Positions 1 to 10,900 of a stretch of DNA of 64,000 nucleotides are shown in pieces. Position 1 is the first letter of the stretch, and every line of letters starts with the position of its first letter. The position numbers were made by a program, and so were the translations under genes. Source of the stretch: Clostridia bacterium (lineage in GTDB: Bacteria > Bacillota > Clostridia > Christensenellales > UBA1242); contig JBNMHO010000004.1 in assembly GCA_050872785.1 (NCBI GenBank), positions 15,432 through 79,431 on the forward strand, given 5' to 3'. The notes below the pieces were generated by a model, which saw only the letters and a list, made by a program, of their open reading frames with translations, was not told the DNA's origin and did no database searches.

Positions 1-908
1 TCATGTCTATGAACCTTTCCAAGTTCGCCAACACGAAGTGGGAATTCCTTGTATGAGTGTTTATTTTGAAGATAATACAACATTCCGCCTGGGCAATTCA
101 TAGGCTTTATGGCAAAAGTATCGTCTTCAACATTGAATGTATACATATTGTCTTTGTAGTGGTCCCAGTGTCCCGAAACTTCCCAAAGTTGTCTGTTCAT
201 TGCCATTGGTGTTTCAATTTCAATGTAACCTGCTTTTTTGTGAATTTCTCTCCAGAATGATACAAGTTCATTTTTAAGCGTAAGACCTTTTGGCATAAAG
301 AATGGCATGCCTTGTGCATATTCAGAAATGAAGAAAAGTCCCAAATCTTTGCCAAGTTTTCTGTGGTCACGTTTCTTTGCTTCTTCAAGCATGTGAAGAT
401 GCTCGTCAAGTTGTTCTTTTGTTTCATAGCCAAAGACATAAACTCTTTGAAGCATTTTGTTTTTCTCGTTGCCTCTCCAATATGCCCCACTTACTCTGCT
501 TATTTTGAAAGCAAAGTTTTTAAGTTCTTTGCTAGACTTTACGTGAGGTCCTCGGCAAAGGTCGCACCAATCGTCACCCAATGTGTAAACTGAAATTTCC
601 TCGTCTTCTGGCAAGCCTTCAATAAGTTCAACCTTGTATGGGTTGTCCTTAAACATTTCAAGTGCAGTCTTTTTGTCCACAACTTTTCTCTCAAACTTTT
701 CGTCAAGAGATATAATTCTCTTCATTTCTTTTTCGATTTTTGCAAAATCGTCTGGAGTTATTGTTTCGTCAAGGTCAAAGTCATAATAAAACCCGTCATC
801 AATGGCTGGTCCTATTGTATTTTTGACATTTGTGAACAATTTGTCCACTGCCTTTGCCAAAACGTGGCTGCAGCCATGTCTATACATCTCCAATTCTTTT
901 TCTTCCAT
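1..908 (-). CDS. thrS: Threonyl-tRNA synthetase, 5' part (gene continues past the left window edge); begins directly at the editing domain
   Basis: Hand translation of the minus strand from ATG 908-906 (RBS GGAGGAGAA just upstream) gives MEEKELEMYRHGCSHVLAKAV...KKRDHRKLGKDLGLF...FAIKPMNCPGG. These are the ThrRS editing HxxxH motif, the RDHRKLG motif and the class II core. The frame is open to position 1. It is absent from the ORF track because no stop lies in the window. Confidence 0.93.
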   Translation of the reverse strand, partial: MEEKELEMYRHGCSHVLAKAVDKLFTNVKNTIGPAIDDGFYYDFDLDETITPDDFAKIEKEMKRIISLDEKFERKVVDKKTALEMFKDNPYKVELIEGLPEDEEISVYTLGDDWCDLCRGPHVKSSKELKNFAFKISRVSGAYWRGNEKNKMLQRVYVFGYETKEQLDEHLHMLEEAKKRDHRKLGKDLGLFFISEYAQGMPFFMPKGLTLKNELVSFWREIHKKAGYIEIETPMAMNRQLWEVSGHWDHYKDNMYTFNVEDDTFAIKPMNCPGGMLYYLQNKHSYKEFPLRVGELGKVHRH

Positions 909-964
909 TTTCTCCTCCAAAATATAAAATATTTGTGCATTGCACATCAAATTCTGTTTCCCAC

Positions 965-1217
965 AACCACCTTAAAATAAAAAAACCCCTTGATAGTTGT
1001 TCAAAAACAAAATCAAAGGACGAAAATACAATTTCCGTGGTTCCACCTTTATTGCAAGAAAATCTTGCCACTCGAAAGACATTTGTCAAGTTGCCTCTTG
1101 CATAGAGCGAAAAGTGGTTTCGACACCAAACACGAACAATTACGCAACTTCCACCATATGTTGCCTTCTCTGTTAAAGTCACATTTGGGCTACTTGTCTT
1201 CTGCCTATCACTATGAT
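965..1217 (-). promoter_or_regulatory. T-box leader (tRNA-Thr sensing attenuator) of thrS
   Basis: Minus strand shows stem I motifs (AGAGAAGG, GGTGGAAG) and a specifier loop GAA-ACC-A (ACC = Thr, 1118-1116). The conserved T-box AAAGGTGGAACCACGG lies at 1050-1035. A terminator CCUUUGAU-loop-AUCAAGGG plus U7 (1019-979) ends about 70 nt before the thrS ATG. Confidence 0.85.
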
Positions 1218-1223
1218 AACAAA

Positions 1224-1252
1224 ATTATACCCCTCAAACCTCACAATGTCAA
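1224..1252 (-). promoter_or_regulatory. Sigma-A type promoter of the thrS T-box leader
   Basis: Minus strand TTGACA (1252-1247), 17-nt spacer, TATAAT (1229-1224). Confidence 0.7.
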
Positions 1253-1345
1253 CAAATTTTATGAAATTTGACAAATTTATTTTGTTTTTCTAATAAAAAT
1301 CATGAAAACATCAATATTCGCACCAAACAAGTCCAAAAAACATGC

Positions 1346-2095
1346 TTATTTGCAAATTTCAATTCTATTTGGGAAAAGGCTTAACAAGTTGCGAATGAGT
1401 TTATCCTTTACAAACTTGTTGCAATGGACAATAATTTTTTCTGGATTTAGTGCAACAAGTGTCGTAAGCAAACTGCAATCTTCATAAATTCCCTGCTTTT
1501 CAAGCATAAAGTCATCTATTTTCTTGCCTTGAAGGTCACAGAGAAAATAGCAATCGCTTTTTGAAAAGACATTGACGGCATAACACCTATGCTCTAGATT
1601 TGAAATAAGAAATTTGATAAGTTCCAAAAAACTGTCTTCTGATAAAAGATACATAACATTTTCATTGGCAAGATTGACAAGTTCTTCCCATTTTTTCTTT
1701 AAGAATTTAAGTCTGAATGCAACAACAGCGTCAACAAAAATTCTTTCATCAAAATCAAGACATTGCTCAATAAAATGCTTGTCCGCTTCGCCATCAAAAC
1801 ACACAAGCGTTTGCAAAAAGACATTCATATATGGAGTTTTAGGTTTTTCAAAATTCAAGTTGGAAACGATAAAATCTTTTTTATAGAAAAATAAAATACA
1901 TTCTGCAATTTTTCCTTTAACAAAATCTTTGGCAAACTCCGCTTTTTCTTTTGGGACGGCAACAAGCACGTTGCTTCTTCCGTTCATGGTTACGCATGCA
2001 GAAATTCCCTTGCATGATTTAATCACCAAGTTCACTTTGTCTGCAAAATATTCCGCCATCTTTGGGCTGTCAAAACAAATACAAAATTCCCACAT
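1346..2095 (-). CDS. YtxC-like protein (putative sporulation protein family); function unknown
   Basis: 249-aa ORF directly upstream of the thrS leader, the position ytxC occupies in Bacillus/Clostridia. Size and overall character fit, but no catalytic motif is recognisable. The true start may be the internal MAEYF. Confidence 0.5.
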   Translation of the reverse strand: MWEFCICFDSPKMAEYFADKVNLVIKSCKGISACVTMNGRSNVLVAVPKEKAEFAKDFVKGKIAECILFFYKKDFIVSNLNFEKPKTPYMNVFLQTLVCFDGEADKHFIEQCLDFDERIFVDAVVAFRLKFLKKKWEELVNLANENVMYLLSEDSFLELIKFLISNLEHRCYAVNVFSKSDCYFLCDLQGKKIDDFMLEKQGIYEDCSLLTTLVALNPEKIIVHCNKFVKDKLIRNLLSLFPNRIEICK

Positions 2096-2278
2096 ACATT
2101 TAACCTACCATTATTGTATGCAACAAAATTGGATATACACGCCAAAGTTACAAACAAAATTTGTAAATATATGTCAAGTCTTGTAATAGAATAGCTAAGA
2201 AGTGGCAATAAAAAATAAATTGCCCGCCGCATTGGTGAGCAATTTGTATTTTTGATTTGCAAAACAATTTGTAAAAGA

Positions 2279-2797
2279 TTATCTCTTTGAAAATTGTGGT
2301 GCCTTACGAGCTTTCTTAAGACCATATTTCTTACGTTCTTTCATACGGCTATCACGGCTAAGGAAGCCTGCTTTCTTAAGTTCAGCCTTGTAAGTTTCGT
2401 TTTCTTTAACAAGTGCCTTTGCAATTCCGTGACGGACAGCACCAGTTTGTCCAGTGTAACCACCGCCATAAACATTTGCAACAACATCATACTTACCTTC
2501 AGTTTCTGTAAGTTTGAGTGGTTGACGAACGATAAGTTTCAATGTGTCAAGCATAAAGTAGTCATCAATATCTCTGTTGTTGATTGTAATTTTGCCAGTG
2601 CCATTTGCAATAAGCCTTACACGAGCAACAGCGTCTTTTCTTCTGCCAGTTGCAATGTAAGTGTTTGGATTTGATTTTTTGCCTGATTTTGCTTTTCTTT
2701 GCACAGGTTTTGCAGGAGCGTCAGTTTTTTCAACTGGTTTCTCAACTTTTGCAGTTTTTGCTCTTGGTTTCTTCACTTCTTTAACTTCTTCTGCCAT
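2279..2797 (-). CDS. rpsI: 30S ribosomal protein S9 with a roughly 45-aa Lys/Ala/Pro-rich N-terminal extension
   Basis: [31 protein letters not shown] and the C-terminal [17 protein letters not shown]. The ATG lies 1 nt after the rplM stop. Confidence 0.96.
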   Translation of the reverse strand: MAEEVKEVKKPRAKTAKVEKPVEKTDAPAKPVQRKAKSGKKSNPNTYIATGRRKDAVARVRLIANGTGKITINNRDIDDYFMLDTLKLIVRQPLKLTETEGKYDVVANVYGGGYTGQTGAVRHGIAKALVKENETYKAELKKAGFLSRDSRMKERKKYGLKKARKAPQFSKR

Positions 2798-2798
2798 A

Positions 2799-3242
2799 TT
2801 AGTTTCTTACTCCTTTGATTGTGATAAGTTCAGGTTTTTGTGCTTCGTGATTGTGATTTGCATCTTTGTAAACTCTAAGTTTCTTAATCATTTTTGAACC
2901 AAGAGAGTTCTTTGGAAGCATTCCCTTAACTGCTTTTGTTATAACAAAATCTGATTGTTCTTTCATAAGTTTGTCATAACCTACTTCCTTCATGCCACCA
3001 GCATATCCTGAGTGGTGAAAGTATTTTTTGTCTTTAAGTTTGTTGCCTGTTAGGACAACTTTGTCGCTGTTTATAACAATAACATGATCGCCCATGTCAA
3101 CGTGTGGAGTATATTCAGGTTTGTTCTTTCCCTTAAGGATTGAAGCAACTTGGCTTGCAACACGCCCAAGAGCGATGCCGCTTGCGTCAACGATATACCA
3201 TTTTGATTCCACAGTTTGAGGCTTTGCCATATAAGTTTTCAT
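2799..3242 (-). CDS. rplM: 50S ribosomal protein L13
   Basis: [20 protein letters not shown]...[11 protein letters not shown], typical of L13. Conserved rplM-rpsI pair. Confidence 0.96.
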   Translation of the reverse strand: MKTYMAKPQTVESKWYIVDASGIALGRVASQVASILKGKNKPEYTPHVDMGDHVIVINSDKVVLTGNKLKDKKYFHHSGYAGGMKEVGYDKLMKEQSDFVITKAVKGMLPKNSLGSKMIKKLRVYKDANHNHEAQKPELITIKGVRN

Positions 3243-3332
3243 TATTTTTCTCCTTCAAACTTTGTCAAGTTTTTGCACAAAACACAAATTCCGTCTGGGC
3301 TAATAGACAAAATTCTACTTTTGTTACTCAAT

Positions 3333-3361
3333 ATATTAAAACTTTTCTAACACCTTGTCAA
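3333..3361 (-). promoter_or_regulatory. Sigma-A type promoter of rplM-rpsI
   Basis: Minus strand TTGACA (3361-3356), 17-nt spacer, TAATAT (3338-3333), about 90 nt upstream of the rplM ATG. Confidence 0.6.
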
Positions 3362-3478
3362 GTGTTTTTTTCAGTTTAATTTTCGTTTGTCCAGTTTTAT
3401 TTGATATTTGTTCAAAAATCACTGTTTTTTTGATGAAAAAACACCATTTTTTGTTATGTTTTTTAGCATAATTTTGCA

Positions 3479-4219
3479 TTAATTTTCATATTCAACACTT
3501 TCAAGATAAAGTCCGCACGCTTTGGCGGTTCTCCCAACGTCACTCCGTTTGCCACCTAATAGGCTTTTTTCAAAACTTTCAAATGTTCTTTTGTGTGTTC
3601 CCACTTCAAGCATTGTGCCAACCAAAATTCGCACCATATTATATAAAAAGCCATTGCCAGTGATGTGGAAATATAGATATTCTCCGTCTTGCTCAAGAGT
3701 TGCAGAATAAATTGTTCTAACTGTTGTTGAAGTGCTGGCACCGCTTGCGACATATGATGAGAAATCGTGCTCGCCGACAAGAGCCTTTGCACATTTGTTC
3801 AAGAGTTTAATGCCAAGTTTTCGTGGATAATGCAATGCTCTATCTTCGTCAAAAACACTCATTGTGTCACCAGTATAGATTTTGTAAAGATAGGTCTTTT
3901 TCTTTGCCGACTTGCGAGCGTTGAAGTTTAAATCTCGCTCTTTTGCGTCAACAACTCTTATGTCTTTTGGCAAGTGTTGATTTATAACGATTTTAAGTTT
4001 GCTTGTTGGAATTGAACCACCATACATAAAGTTTGCAACTTGTCCCAAAGCATGCACACCAGCGTCAGTTCTGCCACTGGGAGTTAGACTTACTTTTTCT
4101 TTTGTCGCTTCAAAAATTGCTTCTTCCAAAACTTCTTGAACGGACAAGCCATTTTTCTGTCTTTGAAAGCCACAATAATTTGTGCCAAGATACTGAATTG
4201 TTAGTGATATGTTCTTCAT
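3479..4219 (-). CDS. truA: tRNA pseudouridine(38-40) synthase TruA
   Basis: 246 aa with the GRTDAGVHA catalytic Asp motif and FLYNMVR. Confidence 0.94.
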   Translation of the reverse strand: MKNISLTIQYLGTNYCGFQRQKNGLSVQEVLEEAIFEATKEKVSLTPSGRTDAGVHALGQVANFMYGGSIPTSKLKIVINQHLPKDIRVVDAKERDLNFNARKSAKKKTYLYKIYTGDTMSVFDEDRALHYPRKLGIKLLNKCAKALVGEHDFSSYVASGASTSTTVRTIYSATLEQDGEYLYFHITGNGFLYNMVRILVGTMLEVGTHKRTFESFEKSLLGGKRSDVGRTAKACGLYLESVEYEN

Positions 4220-4416
4220 GCCGCTATTTTAACACATTTTTTTCAAAATAACAATCTCTTGAGTGTTTTTCTCCCCAAAAGTTTGTGTTTCTAAATTTTG
4301 CTAGGATAATAGAATTCTCTCCTCTTTTTTGGAAAATTGATTCAAATAATTGACTATTCAGAAGAAAAAGTCGTTTAGCATAAGTTATTTTTGACAAAAA
4401 TTACACCGCAATATGT

Positions 4417-4445
4417 TTGACAAAAATTGTTAAAACTTGGATAAT
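4417..4445 (+). promoter_or_regulatory. Sigma-A type promoter of the PFOR gene
   Basis: TTGACA (4417-4422), 17-nt spacer, GATAAT (4440-4445), 25 nt before the RBS GGAGG. Confidence 0.55.
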
Positions 4446-4470
4446 ATGTTGATACAATTTGGAGGAAAAA

Positions 4471-7400
4471 ATGAAAATTACTGTTGACGGAAACACCGCT
4501 TGTGCAAGAATGGCTTATGCTTTTTCGGAAATGGCGGTTATATATCCAATAACACCTTCATCACCAATGGCAGAGTCTTGTGATGAATGGCAAACAAAAG
4601 GCGAGAAAAATCTTTTTGGGGACACTGTAAAAGTTTCTCAAATGCAATCTGAAGCGGGTGTTGCGGGGGCTGTTCATGGGGCTTTGGCATGCGGGTCACT
4701 TGCCACAACTTTCACCGCAAGTCAAGGACTTTTGCTTATGATTCCTAATATGTATAAAATAGCGGGCGAATTGCTGCCTACTGTTTTTCATGTCACGGCA
4801 AGGGCTTTGTCCACCCATGCTTTGTCAATTTTTGGTGACCATGCTGACGTTATGGCTTGCAGACAAACGGGTTTTGCCATGATTTGTTCAAACACTGTTC
4901 AAGAAGCACAGGATATGGCAGTTGTGTCGCACATTGCAACACTGAAATCTCGTGTTCCTTTTTTGCACTTCTTTGACGGGTTTAGAACTTCACACGAAAT
5001 TCAAAAAATTGACGGCATTTCTTATGACGACCTAAAAAAGATTTTGCCACAAAAAGAAATCGAAAGTTTTAAACTTGGTGCAATGTCAAGTGTTTCACCT
5101 CATCAACAAGGCACTGCACAAAACCCAGATATTTACTTCCAAAACAGAGAGGCATGTGAAATTTTTTATAGGCAAGCACCAGAGGCTGTTTTGAGTGCTA
5201 TGAAAGACGTTGAAAAAATAACTGGAAGGCATTATTCCCTTTTTGAATATTTTGGCGACCCAAATGCAACAGATGTTGTTGTTCTTATGGGAAGTGGCGT
5301 TGAAACAATAAAAGAAACACAGAAATATCTGGCTCAAAATGGACGAAGCGGACTTGGTGTTTTGTGTGTTAGGCTGTATAGACCTTTTGTTTCTGCAAAG
5401 TTTGTGGAGGCTTTGCCTAAGACTGTAAAACGAATTGCCGTCCTTGATAGGACAAAAGAAAACGGCTCTGACGGTGAGCCATTGTATAAAGATGTGGCGT
5501 CCGCATTGTATGAATATGGCTGCAATGCAAAAGTCGTTCATGGCAGATATGGGCTTGGCGGAAAGGACTTCACTCCAGCCATGGCAAAAAGTGTTTTTGA
5601 CAATTTGCAAGGAGAAATGAAAAACGACTTTACAGTGGGAATTATAGACGATGTTTTAAATTCTTCCCTTCCATATGACAAGTCCTTCCACATTGGTGAC
5701 GACAACTACTCTTGCAAGTTCTTTGGGCTTGGAAGTGACGGCACAGTTAGTGCAAACAAAAACTCAATCAAAATCATCGGCTCGAACACAGACTTGTTTG
5801 CTCAAGGATATTTTGAATATGACTCCAAAAAATCTGGAAGTGCGACAATTTCTCACTTGCGTTTTGGCAAAAATCATACAAATCAGCCATATCTTGTTAC
5901 AAATGCAAATTTTGTTGCATGCCACAACATAAGTTTTGTTGGAAAATATGACATGGCAGACGACTTGAAGCAAAATGGAATATTCTTGCTCAATTCCCCA
6001 TATGGCACAGAAAACTTGGACAAAATTTTGCCACAAGAATTTTTTGAAACGCTAAAAGCCAAAAATGCAAAACTTTATGTTATAAATGCCAATGACGTGT
6101 CGGAAGAAGCGGGACTTGGCAAGCGAATAAATGTTGTTATGCAAGCATGCTTTTTCAAACTTACAGACATCATTCCATACAATGTTGTGGAAAATTTGCT
6201 TATTGACGCTTCTGCAAAAACTTATGCCAAAAAAGGTCAAGCGATTGTTGACGCAAACATTCGTGCAATAAAGAACGCAACGGCGAACTTGAAGGAATAT
6301 GACTTATCAAAATATGTCCCGCACAAAGGAGAATTGCCACATGAAAAAGACCTTGACGCATATGACAAGGACTTTATAAAAATAATTGAACACAAGCATG
6401 GTGATGACCTTCCAGTGTCAAAATTTTCGCCACGTGGATATGTGCCAACAAACACTTCCCGCTTTGAAAAGCGAGGCATTTCTATCACAAGCCCAAGGTG
6501 GATAAAGCAAAATTGTATTCAATGCAATATGTGTTCTGCCGTTTGCCCACACAGCGCAATAAGACCAGTTCTTGTGCCAGATGACAAGTTGTCCTCTGTC
6601 CCAGAAAATTTTGAAACGTTAAAAGCACTTGGCATAAATGGGTGCAATTTTAGAGTTCAAATTGATGTTGCAAACTGCACAGGTTGTGAAAACTGTGTTA
6701 AAGTTTGTCCAGCAAAAAATAAGGCACTTGAAATGGTGTCTAGTGTTGACCTTGAAGAAGCAGAAAGAGAAAATGTGGAATATGCCAGCAAGATTGAAAA
6801 CCCAAAGACCATTTTTAAAACAAATACCCTAAAAGGCAGTCAATTTGAAAAGCCATATTTTGAGTTTTCTGGTGCGTGTGCTGGCTGTGGTGAAACGCCT
6901 TACATTAAACTTGCAAGTCAACTTTTTGGCAAAAGAATGATAATTGCAAACGCAACTGGCTGCAGCAGCATCTACTCGGGCAGTGCTCCAACTTCCCCAT
7001 TTGCAAAGAACAATTTGGGACATGGCCCAGCGTGGGCAAGCAGTTTGTTTGAAGACAATGCAGAGTTTGGCTATGGCATGGCATTGGCAAAGAAAAATGC
7101 ACGAATTGCCCTAAAAAATGATGTTATAAAATATCTTCCAAGTTGCAAGAATGAAAAACTTGCAAGTCTTTTAAACACTTGGCTAGAAAACATTGATGAC
7201 GGCGAAAAAACTTATGAGTTATCAAATGAAATTTTATCCAGTGGGCTTTTAAAAGGCACTCCACTTGAAAAACATAAAAACTCTTTTGTAAAAGAAAGTG
7301 TGTGGATAATTGGTGGTGACGGCTGGGCATATGACATTGGCTTTGGTGGGCTGGATCAAGTTTTGGCTAGCGGCGAAAATGTTAATATACTGGTTCTTGA

Positions 7401-7941
7401 CACAGAAGTCTATTCCAACACTGGTGGACAGATGTCTAAAGCAACTCCACTTTCTGCCACGGCAAAATTTGCTGCAAGTGGAAAGAGAACTCCAAAGAAA
7501 GACCTTGGCATGATAGCCATGACTTACAAGAATGTTTATGTTGCACAAATAGGTCTGGGCGCAAACATGAATCAAGCGGTGCAAGCAATGGCCGAAGCGG
7601 AAAGTTACAATGGCCCAAGTTTGATAATTGCCTATGCCCCATGCATAAATCATGGAATAAATATGTCGGGCGCACAAGATGAGATTAAAAGAGCGGTTGC
7701 AAGTGGATACTGGAATTTGTTTAGATATGACCCAAGGCTTTTGCATGACGGCAAAAACCCATTCCGCCTTGACTCACCTGCTCCAAGCATGAACTATGAA
7801 GACTTTTTAAAAGGCGAAGCAAGATACACTGCACTTGAAAGGCTTTCCCCACAACTTGCAGAAAAACTATTTGAAGAAAGCAAAAAATGTGCAATGGAAA
7901 GATATGAAATGTATAAACGCCTTGCCTCTCAAACTGAATAA
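4471..7941 (+). CDS. por: Pyruvate:ferredoxin (flavodoxin) oxidoreductase, single-polypeptide PFOR
   Basis: About 1156 aa. Starts MKITVDGNTACA, has two ferredoxin-type CxxCxxCxxxCP motifs (CIQCNMCSAVCP, CTGCENCVKVCP) and the TPP-binding GGDGWAYDIG. I prefer ATG 4471 after GGAGG over the TTG at 4459 in the ORF track. Confidence 0.96.
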   Translation: MKITVDGNTACARMAYAFSEMAVIYPITPSSPMAESCDEWQTKGEKNLFGDTVKVSQMQSEAGVAGAVHGALACGSLATTFTASQGLLLMIPNMYKIAGELLPTVFHVTARALSTHALSIFGDHADVMACRQTGFAMICSNTVQEAQDMAVVSHIATLKSRVPFLHFFDGFRTSHEIQKIDGISYDDLKKILPQKEIESFKLGAMSSVSPHQQGTAQNPDIYFQNREACEIFYRQAPEAVLSAMKDVEKITGRHYSLFEYFGDPNATDVVVLMGSGVETIKETQKYLAQNGRSGLGVLCVRLYRPFVSAKFVEALPKTVKRIAVLDRTKENGSDGEPLYKDVASALYEYGCNAKVVHGRYGLGGKDFTPAMAKSVFDNLQGEMKNDFTVGIIDDVLNSSLPYDKSFHIGDDNYSCKFFGLGSDGTVSANKNSIKIIGSNTDLFAQGYFEYDSKKSGSATISHLRFGKNHTNQPYLVTNANFVACHNISFVGKYDMADDLKQNGIFLLNSPYGTENLDKILPQEFFETLKAKNAKLYVINANDVSEEAGLGKRINVVMQACFFKLTDIIPYNVVENLLIDASAKTYAKKGQAIVDANIRAIKNATANLKEYDLSKYVPHKGELPHEKDLDAYDKDFIKIIEHKHGDDLPVSKFSPRGYVPTNTSRFEKRGISITSPRWIKQNCIQCNMCSAVCPHSAIRPVLVPDDKLSSVPENFETLKALGINGCNFRVQIDVANCTGCENCVKVCPAKNKALEMVSSVDLEEAERENVEYASKIENPKTIFKTNTLKGSQFEKPYFEFSGACAGCGETPYIKLASQLFGKRMIIANATGCSSIYSGSAPTSPFAKNNLGHGPAWASSLFEDNAEFGYGMALAKKNARIALKNDVIKYLPSCKNEKLASLLNTWLENIDDGEKTYELSNEILSSGLLKGTPLEKHKNSFVKESVWIIGGDGWAYDIGFGGLDQVLASGENVNILVLDTEVYSNTGGQMSKATPLSATAKFAASGKRTPKKDLGMIAMTYKNVYVAQIGLGANMNQAVQAMAEAESYNGPSLIIAYAPCINHGINMSGAQDEIKRAVASGYWNLFRYDPRLLHDGKNPFRLDSPAPSMNYEDFLKGEARYTALERLSPQLAEKLFEESKKCAMERYEMYKRLASQTE

Positions 7942-7949
7942 GATTATAG

Positions 7950-7984
7950 AAAAAGAGATACTGTAAAAAGTATCCCTTTTTTTT
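7950..7984. terminator. Short hairpin between the convergent por and peptidase/adhesin genes (possible bidirectional terminator)
   Basis: A-run, GATACT-GTAAAA-AGTATC, CC, T8. The stem is only 6 bp. Confidence 0.45.
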
Positions 7985-10900
7985 ATTTGTTATAACTCCA
8001 CCAATTAAATCTGTGTCTTTTCTTTCTTATGAGAACCCCTACAACAGCACCTATTATTGATAGCCCCGCCACGACACCAATAATGATGTATAAAATCTTG
8101 CGATTGCTAACAATTTTCACATTTATTGTTGTGTCTTCTGTTATGTCGTCAAGCGGCACGTCAAACTCAAAGTATTCCATAAATTTAAGTTCATAAATCT
8201 CTTTTAACTTGTCTGTGGAGCAAATTGTGCCATAGGTCACATCTTCTGTGACTGTTTGACCGTCTTCAAATTTGAATGTAACTTTGTAAACATCTGGCGT
8301 GTAAACTGCGTGGATAGTTTTATCGTTTCTGATGTTTTGAATAACTGGCTCGTCCCAAACAGCGGGAGTTTGGGTGTAGTGTTCTTTTTCTGGGACTTCT
8401 GGAATCATTTCTTCTGGCAAATCAAGTCCGTGTTGAAGTTCCATTGTTGTGAAAAGTTTGTTGCCTACAAAATACTTTATTTTATAAACATTGATACTAA
8501 CGTTTTCAACTTCCACTTCAAAACTATCTCTGACAAAAACTGAATATTGAAGATTTGTCACTGGGTCGTCACCTGGGTTCAGCCCAATGTAATTATACGA
8601 ATCCACTGAGTAATACACTTGTTCTCTTTCGCCGTCTGCCCATATGAGATAAACTTTTATGTCAAATCTTGCCTTGCTGTATCCACTTTGAAGGTCAACA
8701 TAAAAAATTCTGTTTGTGCCATATTCCACATTGCCAGTGCCACGGACTTTAAACTTTTCGCTCACTTGTGATGATGATATTGTGCAGTTTTCGCCTCTCC
8801 ATTTTGCATAAAGAGTGATGTCTTCTGCCGTGCCTTGTTCAATTTTCTCAAGTGCAGTTCCGCTGAAAGATGAATTGTTATACCACCCCTTGAATTCATA
8901 TCTGTTTTTGGTTGGGACTGGAAGATAAAATGTTCCTGTTGTAACGTCAAATGTTGTTCTATATTCTACTGGCATTTCACCGCTTGCAGAGTTATAGGTT
9001 ATGGTATAAGTGATAAGTCTGTATCCGCCAACAAGTGTTACGTCACTTGTAACTTCATAAGTTGAAATATCCACAGTTTCGCTGCCAACTTGCCAACCAA
9101 CAAAAACATATCCCGCAACATTTGTGTTAATTTTTGGCGAGTTAAGTTTTTCAAACTGCATAACTTGCTGGGTTTCTATTTGATTTAGATATTTAAATGT
9201 AACTATGCAAAGTCTGTATGCGATTGTGTATATGCCGTCTGTTGCAGTAACGATATAATTTGGGTTTTTGGAACGAGCGGATATTGTATAACCTGTGCTG
9301 TTTTTGCGAGTGGTGTTTGAAATTGGCTTGCCGTTTGCATCATTGCAAATAAATTCAATAACACTTTTTACATTGTCACTTGAAGCAAAATTATCCTCTG
9401 TGCCGTCCAAAAATTCATACTTAAAATTCAAGTCCAACTCGCCATAATAGGCTGTCATATCAAGAAGTTTTATCTTAATAATTGCTTCAAAAATTATAAA
9501 CGAGCCGTCTATGTCTTCTGAGATGACATAGTTTTTTGTCCATTCGTCTGCCAAGATGACGGAACCTATTGTGTATTTGTAAAGTCCCACTTCCTCGCCA
9601 GTTTTCCTTGACAATCTGCCAAGATATGTCACCTCGTCTCCTTCAACAATGTTGCTTAAAACAAATGGGAACTCTGGGTCTGTTTTTCCATAATTTTTGC
9701 TTATATTTTTCGTTGGAACAATCTTCAGTTCCCTTTTTTGAATTTGGAACTTTACATCGCCACTTAGTTCAATTTGATAGTCGTCTTTCCTCAAAGTATC
9801 TGAATCTGCAAGTTGCAAAGTGCTAAGCAAAATATCATAAGTTCCGACATCAGAGCCGTCTGCCTTTGCAAGTTTTCCTTCAAAATTTGGAGTTTCGCCC
9901 GCAAGATTACCCGAGTAGGTAAAGTCTATTGTATAATCTTTGTCACCATAAGACATGACTTGTCTGCTTTTTGGAGTTATATATAATTTTGCTGGCAAAA
10001 TTTCGATATAAACTGTCGCAAAGGAGTCGTCATAATCTTTCATTGAAAATTTGAGAGTTAGGGTTGTTTTGCCGACATGAGTTCTGCCGATTGGCTCAAG
10101 AGAACTTTCCTCTTCCACAAAACTTTCCCCAAGACAATATCTTACGCTCATGCTCTCGCCTGCAAAGATGTCAACAAAATGTTCCGTTGCGTCATATGTT
10201 GTTGTTTTGCTTGAAACATATGAATAGGCGTCAAGCGTTCCATTTGTTATGTAAAAATATGCTTCTTCAAGTTTAAAAGCGTAATTATTTGCAAGAAATT
10301 TCCCGTCTGTTCCGTTTTCAAATGCAAATGTTCCTTTCAAGATTTTGTAATGCCCAACACTTTCCCCAACTTCCCTTGATAGAACACCTGTGTATTTAGC
10401 TTCTTCGCCTGAGAGGACATTTTCAAGCGTAAATGAAAATTCTGGGTCGTCTTCGCCTACAGATTTCGAAAATTGCTTGTCAAATCTCAATGTGACAATT
10501 CTTTTGTTTATTCTTAGGATAGAGCCTGCGGTTATCTTGAAAGTGTAATTGTTTGCATAAAATCCCGTGGCTTGATTGTCTATAAGTTTTGACTCGGAAG
10601 TTAAGGAATAGCGATAATTCCCTACATTTTCATTTTCTGGGCGTTCAAAGTAAAATTCACCTTTTGGAACTTCGCCATTCACCGCACCAGTAATTTTATA
10701 AGTCAATTCTGGGTCGCTTTCGCCATAATATTTGCGATTTGTTCCCACACTTACACTTAAAGTTTTTGGCTCAATAGTGAACATCTTTGTTTCGTCAAAA
10801 ACAAGGGTGTAGTTGGAAGGGTTGAAGTTTCCTCTCTTTGCAAGTTTAAAGTCACCCATTGTTATTGCATACTTTCCGACATTTGTCCCCGGCTGCCTTT

